A DNA stretch of 64,000 bases from Abditibacteriaceae bacterium. GTDB taxonomy: Bacteria > Armatimonadota > Abditibacteriia > Abditibacteriales > Abditibacteriaceae. The notes beneath the pieces were generated by a model. It did not search any database and was not told the DNA's origin. It saw nothing but the letters and a program-made list of their open reading frames with translations. The DNA lies in assembly GCA_965277285.1 (NCBI GenBank), contig OZ255721.1, forward strand, positions 1,376,001 through 1,440,000, given 5' to 3'. Of the stretch, positions 58,724 through 64,000 are shown piece after piece. The translations under genes and the position numbers were made by a program. The stretch's first letter is position 1. The number at the start of each line of letters is the position of its first letter.

Positions 58724-58774
58724 TTTACGACATTCTAAAATCTCTTTTCTCTCTGCGCCTCAAATAAGGAAAAT

Positions 58775-59245
58775 ATGCCGCAAGTTCAAAGTAAAATCAC
58801 CATTAAGGCGCCGTTGGAAACTGTCTGGTCAATTGCGCAAGACGTCGAAAAGTTGCCCGCGATTTTGCCCGATTTAGACTCGCTTCGAGTACTCGAACGC
58901 GAAAAATTAGCCGATGGCACGACGCGCGTTGTGTCCGAATGGCATGGGCGCATCAAGCAATTCAATCGCAAAATTGTGTGGACGGAAGAAGATTTTTGGG
59001 ACGATGTGAACCACCTTTGTACCTTCAAGCAAACCAAAGGCGATTTCGATACTTATGAAGGCGTCTGGAAATTTGAAGAGGCTTCAGAAACCACAACGCG
59101 CGTCTTTCTCGATGTGACCTACGTTTTCGACGTGCCGTTATTGGGCGCGCTCTTGCAAAAAGTCGTGAAGAATATCATGCAGGGCAACGCCGACGACACC
59201 TTGAAGTTTTTGGGAATCGAAGCCGAAAAACAAGCGAAGATGTAA
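58775..59245 (+). CDS. SRPBCC / polyketide cyclase-dehydrase family protein
   Basis: I.APLETVW....DVE..P..LP, GDF..YEG.WKF. Confidence 0.85.
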   Translation: MPQVQSKITIKAPLETVWSIAQDVEKLPAILPDLDSLRVLEREKLADGTTRVVSEWHGRIKQFNRKIVWTEEDFWDDVNHLCTFKQTKGDFDTYEGVWKFEEASETTTRVFLDVTYVFDVPLLGALLQKVVKNIMQGNADDTLKFLGIEAEKQAKM

Positions 59246-59284
59246 ATTGCGGTTGCGCGAAAAGCGTTCGCAAAAGGAGCAGCC

Positions 59285-60142
59285 ATGATTGAGAAAATGC
59301 CGTTTGGTCGCACCGGTCATAACAGTTCGCGCGTCATTTTTGGCGCGGCGGCATTGGGGAATGTCACGCAAGCCGAAGCTGATCAAACGCTGGAATTGCT
59401 GCATCAATACGGAATCAACCACATCGACACCGCCGCCAGCTACGGCGATTCGGAACTGCGCATCGGGCCTTGGATGGAACACAGCCGCGACAAGTTCTTT
59501 CTGGCGACAAAAACTGGCGAGCGCACTTACCAGAAAGCCAAAGACCAGATTCATCGCTCACTCGAACGCTTGCGCGTGCCTCAAGTCGATTTGATTCAAC
59601 TGCATTGCCTGGTCGAACAGGAAGAATGGGACACCGCGATGGGAAGCGGCGGCGCGCTCGAAGCCGCCATCGAAGCGCGCGAAGCTGGATTGACGCGCTT
59701 TATTGGCATTACAGGTCACGGCTTGCCAGTCGCGCGCCAGCATCTGCGCGCCCTGGAACGTTTCGACTTCGATGCGGTGCTTTTGCCGTGGAGTTATGTG
59801 CTGATGCAGAACGCCGATTACACCGCCGATTTCAACGCTTTGCGCGCCGTCTGTCAGGAACGCCAGATCGCCATGCAAACCATCAAGTCGATTTCGCGGC
59901 GCCCGTGGGGCGACATGACGCAAAATCGCACGACGTGGTATCAACCGATTGAAGAACAGGACGCGATGTATAAAGCCGCCGCCTGGGTTCTGGGACACGA
60001 TAATTTGTTCCTCAACAGCGTCGGCGACATCCACGTTTTGCCGCAACTGCTCGAAGTCGCCAATCGTTTCAACGGCGCGCCAACCAATGAGGAAATGCAG
60101 CAGGCGATGAACGAGCAAGCAGTAGAACCTTTGTTCGTATAA
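59285..60142 (+). CDS. aldo/keto reductase
   Basis: [34 protein letters not shown]. Confidence 0.9.
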   Translation: MIEKMPFGRTGHNSSRVIFGAAALGNVTQAEADQTLELLHQYGINHIDTAASYGDSELRIGPWMEHSRDKFFLATKTGERTYQKAKDQIHRSLERLRVPQVDLIQLHCLVEQEEWDTAMGSGGALEAAIEAREAGLTRFIGITGHGLPVARQHLRALERFDFDAVLLPWSYVLMQNADYTADFNALRAVCQERQIAMQTIKSISRRPWGDMTQNRTTWYQPIEEQDAMYKAAAWVLGHDNLFLNSVGDIHVLPQLLEVANRFNGAPTNEEMQQAMNEQAVEPLFV

Positions 60143-60694
60143 GGTTTTTTGCCGAAGACCGTTTAGAAACTTTGTAGCCAGCGCAATCGAGTACTCGATT
60201 GCGCTGCTGTTATATGTATTCTGGGTAATGCCCCAATTGAGTAAATAAACGGAAATTCCGAGCGTATCGACGGATGGATACAGTGGATGAATGAAACCCT
60301 GACGCTTCACTCCTCTTCACTCGTGGCTGACGCTCAGGGTTCTTTTCAGGATAGTTCGATCAATCTCATCATCTGAGTTACTGCCGTATTTCGAAGGTTC
60401 CCTTGTCGAGCACTCTCTTGTAAAGTATGTGACAAATATCGTGCAATTAACGCTGGATTACACGATAGTTTTGAGCATCGCAGCAGAAACGTGTGTGATT
60501 TGAGGAGTAAAATGCAACCTTTGCATGGAAGCGATAAAAGCGATGGCGAAAGTGATTTGTCGCCGCACTTCGCTGTCAAGGTGTCTGCGCCGTCCTCACC
60601 ATGAGTGGCGAAAACGCATTTGAAGTGCAATCAAGATAGCGTGCGCAGCGAGAAAGTTAATGGCCAGCAGCTTCACGACGGGCGGAGAAATGGC

Positions 60695-63600
60695 ATGGAA
60701 AAACGATATGTTCTGACGTTTGCTCTGGTGATTCTTTGTAGTGGATCACAAATCCGCAGCGCGCCGCAAAAACCGGTCGCGCTACCTGTCTCAGAGTCCG
60801 CCAAAAACACCAAAGAAAGCGAAGTCCGCGAAACTCGTCTGATGGATGAAGGTATGGCGGCCTTCAAAGCAAGCAATTGGATCCAAGCAGTCACGATTTT
60901 TCGCCAACTCGTCGTGTCCGATCCGACGAGCATCGAATATGTGCAGGCGCTCGCGCTCACTTATCAAAACGCCGCTCGCTTCAGCGAAGGTTCGCAACTT
61001 CTCAAAAACAAACTGCCGCTTTTTCCCAACTCTGACGATCAGAAAACCTTAAAAATCGCGTTGGCAGAAAACGAGTTCTGGTGGGCCAAAAGCTTGGGCG
61101 ACGCGTTCGAGTACTCGAAATCCATTCCACATTATCAAGCCGCCTTTGCCATCGACCAAACCTTGCGCCGCGAAAACGCCGCCCGCGAACTGAACAATCT
61201 GGGCGCGATGTACAGCGCACTCGGACAAACCCAGCAAAGCATCCAACTTTATCGCCGCGCCCTGATCATGCGGCGTGAAGTGAAAGACCGCAACGGCGAA
61301 GGCATCACGCTCAACGGGCTGGGAATTGATTACGACACGTTGGGACAAACTGACCAGGCGCTCGATTGTTATCGGCAATCGCTCCAGATCGCGCGCGACC
61401 TCAAAGACACCGAAGGTCAAAGTCATACGCTGACCGACATCGGCCTCATCTTGAGCAACACGGGTCAAAACGAGCAAGCTGCTAAGTCACTGCAGGAAGC
61501 TTTGAAGATCGCGCGCGACAGCAAAAATCTGGAGCGAGAAGGAGACGCGCTCAATGCGCTGGGCGGCGTTTCCCTGAGTCAAAGTCGCGTGGGCGAAGCC
61601 ATCGGTTTTTATAACGATGCTCTAAAAGTGCGGCTGGCCGCAAAAGACAAACCAGGCGAAGGCGACACGCTGCACAATCTGGGCGCCGCTTACCGCGAAA
61701 AAAACAACTACGACCAGGCGCGCTTTTATTATCAAAAATCGCTGGCGATTTCGATTGCCACCAATGATCGGCGCGGTCAGGCGACGACATTAAACGATTT
61801 GGGCGGCGTTTTCAACGAGCTAAACCAACCCGCGCTGGCCATTCCACTTTTTGAACGGGCGCGCGTCATTTTTCACGAATTCGGTGCGCGGCGCGATGAA
61901 ATCACAACGCTCAACAACATCGGCGAAGCCTACGATGCGTTGGGACAATCCGACAAGGCGCTCAGTTATTACACGCGCGCTTTGCCACTCGCGCGCCTGA
62001 CGCAAGATCGCGTCCTCGAAGCCTATATTCTCAATAATGCCGGTTCCGCCATGTCAAATCTGGGGCTATTCGACGATACGGTTCAGGTTTTGACGCGCGC
62101 TCTCGTGGCGGAACGCGAAATCGGCGCGCGCAAAGCCGAAGGCAACACGCTCGCCAATTTAGCACATACCTACAGCGCGCACGGCGATTTCGACAAAGCC
62201 AGCCAATTGAACGGGCAAGCTCTGGTCATTTTGCGCGAAGTCGGCGACCGCGCGGGCGAAGCGCGCACTTTGAATAACTTGATGACGCTCGGGCAGAAAC
62301 AAAAGAAGCCCTCGCTCGCCATTTTCTACGGCAAACAAAGCGTCAATCTTTATCAGTCGATTCGCGCCGATATGCGCAGCTTCGACAAAGCGTCGCAAAA
62401 AAGTTTTCTCGATGTCAATGGCGAAACCTATCGCAATTTAGCGGACATTTTGATCGCTCAAGGCCGCCTGCCCGAAGCCGAACAAGTTCTTCAACTGCTG
62501 AAACAGGACGAGTTTTTCAACTTCGTGCGCCGCGATGCAAAACGCGCCACAATTAGCGAACCGACCGCCTTAACGCCTGAAGAAGCCGATTGGGTCAAGC
62601 GTTATAACGAAATCGCCGACCGCGCCACGCAAATTGGCGCGCGCCTGGACGAACTCGCCAAAAAACATAAAAGCGGTCGCACAACAACAGAAGAAACCGA
62701 ATATCAGAACTTGTTGAAAGATCAGGAAGCGATTAACGGGCGCTTCGTGGTTTTTCTGCGCGAACTGGACGCGTCTTTAAGTGCGACACGCGCGGACAAA
62801 GTGCAGGAAATCCGCGATAGCCAAAGCTGGCAAGCCGAACTTGCGCGTTTGCAGCAAAAGGAAAATATCAACGCGGCGGTGATTTACACGCTCGTCGCAG
62901 CCGATAAATATCGCGTCATTTTGCTGACGGCGAACACGCGCCAGCAATTCGAGTACTCGATTTCGCAAGACGAACTCAATCAGCGCGTTGAAACACTCAG
63001 GCGTGGCTTGAGCAATCCCGCGCTCGATCCGGTTCCCGCCGCGCAATCGTTGTATAAAGCGATGTTCTGTGATGGCCAACTGGAAACGGCACTTCAAGGC
63101 GCGAAGATTCAAACCGCCTTGTGGTTTCTCGATGGCGCGCTGCGTTACGTTCCGATTGCTGCTTTGCACGATGGCACGCATTATCTGGTGCAAAACGACC
63201 GCGAAAATGTGGTGATTACGCTGGCCAGCGAAAAGCGCGGTTTCGACAAGCCGGACGCGGGCGGACAGATGCTGGGATTGGGCGTTTCGCAGCCGCACCA
63301 AGTGGAAATCAAAAACGATGCGGGCGAAATGCAAAAGCTGGATTTTGAAGGCTTGAGCGCCGTTCCCGACGAATTGCGCGGCATCATTGCAGACAAAGCG
63401 CAAGGCGGAATTGGGCCCATTCCCGGCCAGATTTTGCTCGATCCCGCCTTCACCGCGCAATCGCTGCAAGAAGCCTTGGGCGAAGGTTACAAAACCGTTC
63501 ACATCGCCAGTCATTTCAACTTGCAGGCGGGCGACGAAAACGCGTCGTTTTTGCTTTTGGGCAATGGTCAACCTTTGGCGCTTTCGCAATGGCAAACGCA

Positions 63601-64000
63601 AATGAACCTCCAAGGCGTCGATTTACTGACGCTTTCGGCCTGCGAAACGGCGGTCGGAAACATCAGCAAAGGTTCGAGCGGCAACGGCGCGGAAGTCGAT
63701 TCTTTGGGTGAAATCGTGCAGCAGTTGGGCGCGGCTTCGGTCGTCGCCAGTTTGTGGCCGGTTTCCGATTCGAGTACTCAATTGTTGATGAAGGAGTTTT
63801 ATCGCATCCGCGCCGCGCATCCCGAACTGGGCAAAGCCAGCGCCTTGCAACAAGCGCAACGCGAACTGCTACAAGCCGACGTGAAATCTGTCACCGTCGG
63901 CGTTGGTTCGCGCGGCATGAAACTGAGCCAGAACGGTGGCGCATCAAGCGTTGCGTTGATGCCTTTTATCACCAATCCGCAAGCGCCATTCGCGCATCCA
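60695..64000 (+). CDS. secreted TPR-repeat + CHAT (caspase-like) domain protein, 3' truncated by window (absent from ORF track)
   Basis: Hand translation: MEKRYVLTFALVILC signal-like start, repeated EG.TLN.LG..Y..LG TPRs, in-frame HIASHF (63500) and LLTLSACETA, SVVASLWPVSD. Confidence 0.88.
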   Translation, partial: MEKRYVLTFALVILCSGSQIRSAPQKPVALPVSESAKNTKESEVRETRLMDEGMAAFKASNWIQAVTIFRQLVVSDPTSIEYVQALALTYQNAARFSEGSQLLKNKLPLFPNSDDQKTLKIALAENEFWWAKSLGDAFEYSKSIPHYQAAFAIDQTLRRENAARELNNLGAMYSALGQTQQSIQLYRRALIMRREVKDRNGEGITLNGLGIDYDTLGQTDQALDCYRQSLQIARDLKDTEGQSHTLTDIGLILSNTGQNEQAAKSLQEALKIARDSKNLEREGDALNALGGVSLSQSRVGEAIGFYNDALKVRLAAKDKPGEGDTLHNLGAAYREKNNYDQARFYYQKSLAISIATNDRRGQATTLNDLGGVFNELNQPALAIPLFERARVIFHEFGARRDEITTLNNIGEAYDALGQSDKALSYYTRALPLARLTQDRVLEAYILNNAGSAMSNLGLFDDTVQVLTRALVAEREIGARKAEGNTLANLAHTYSAHGDFDKASQLNGQALVILREVGDRAGEARTLNNLMTLGQKQKKPSLAIFYGKQSVNLYQSIRADMRSFDKASQKSFLDVNGETYRNLADILIAQGRLPEAEQVLQLLKQDEFFNFVRRDAKRATISEPTALTPEEADWVKRYNEIADRATQIGARLDELAKKHKSGRTTTEETEYQNLLKDQEAINGRFVVFLRELDASLSATRADKVQEIRDSQSWQAELARLQQKENINAAVIYTLVAADKYRVILLTANTRQQFEYSISQDELNQRVETLRRGLSNPALDPVPAAQSLYKAMFCDGQLETALQGAKIQTALWFLDGALRYVPIAALHDGTHYLVQNDRENVVITLASEKRGFDKPDAGGQMLGLGVSQPHQVEIKNDAGEMQKLDFEGLSAVPDELRGIIADKAQGGIGPIPGQILLDPAFTAQSLQEALGEGYKTVHIASHFNLQAGDENASFLLLGNGQPLALSQWQTQMNLQGVDLLTLSACETAVGNISKGSSGNGAEVDSLGEIVQQLGAASVVASLWPVSDSSTQLLMKEFYRIRAAHPELGKASALQQAQRELLQADVKSVTVGVGSRGMKLSQNGGASSVALMPFITNPQAPFAHP

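Larger units (their letters stand above)
756..62960. repeat. Dispersed highly iterated palindrome TCGAGTACTCGA (about 49 exact copies)
   Basis: Exact copies start at about 756, 2720, 5037, 6314, 7606, 10218, 11240, 12698, 13443, 14860, 15777, 17653, 21424, 22355, 23145, 25707, 27490, 28007, 28146, 29228, 29890, 30455, 31323, 32146, 32820, 34366, 34995, 36933, 39522, 40595, 41188, 42307, 44191, 45593, 46850, 49282, 52304, 52802, 53743, 54999, 56225, 56697, 57298, 57864, 58633, 58885, 60187, 61107, 62949. Confidence 0.98.

Noticed and set aside
60480..60640. Possible c-di-GMP-type riboswitch upstream of the TPR-CHAT gene
   Set aside because: Some hairpin potential, but I could not match the conserved motifs of a known class.
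756..62960. TCGAGTACTCGA copies as a CRISPR array or a library adapter artefact
   Set aside because: Copies are 12 bp, about 1 kb apart, in-frame in intact conserved genes, with graded natural variants; no regular spacers and no cas genes.
61049..63859. Multiple minus-strand ORFs at the window end
   Set aside because: Shadows of the + strand TPR-CHAT gene.

Overview
Bacterial chromosomal segment of moderately high GC. Two DUF1559/H-X9-DG prepilin-like genes, a GntR-LacI fusion regulator and many TPR proteins suggest an Armatimonadota/Abditibacteriota-like lineage (inference, not a database result). Housekeeping content: tRNA-Cys/Gln/Glu operon, fumC, murJ, ino1, a split trp cluster (trpG-trpD / trpC / trpB-trpA), recO, a peptide ABC transporter, tRNA-Pro. 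Accessory content: glycoside hydrolases, a Doc-type TA pair and a TPR-CHAT protease that runs off the window end. Three things stand out. (1) At 38271-39477 (-) an uncharacterised protein gene is followed by two tandem circularly permuted tRNA-like RNAs (T-arm, acceptor 3' strand and CCA come BEFORE the acceptor 5' strand and D-arm), each on a long bulged stem, then a terminator. This is Y-RNA/YrlA-like architecture with no Ro60 gene in the window. (2) The 12-bp palindrome TCGAGTACTCGA occurs about 49 times exactly (manual count) plus about 20 near-matches, inside genes in all frames and in intergenic hairpins, like cyanobacterial HIP1 but with a different sequence. (3) A small HNH gene sits between a duplicated 19-bp tRNA 5' end and the intact tRNA-Pro, taking its start and stop codons from tRNA sequence. 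All counts and pairings were done by eye.
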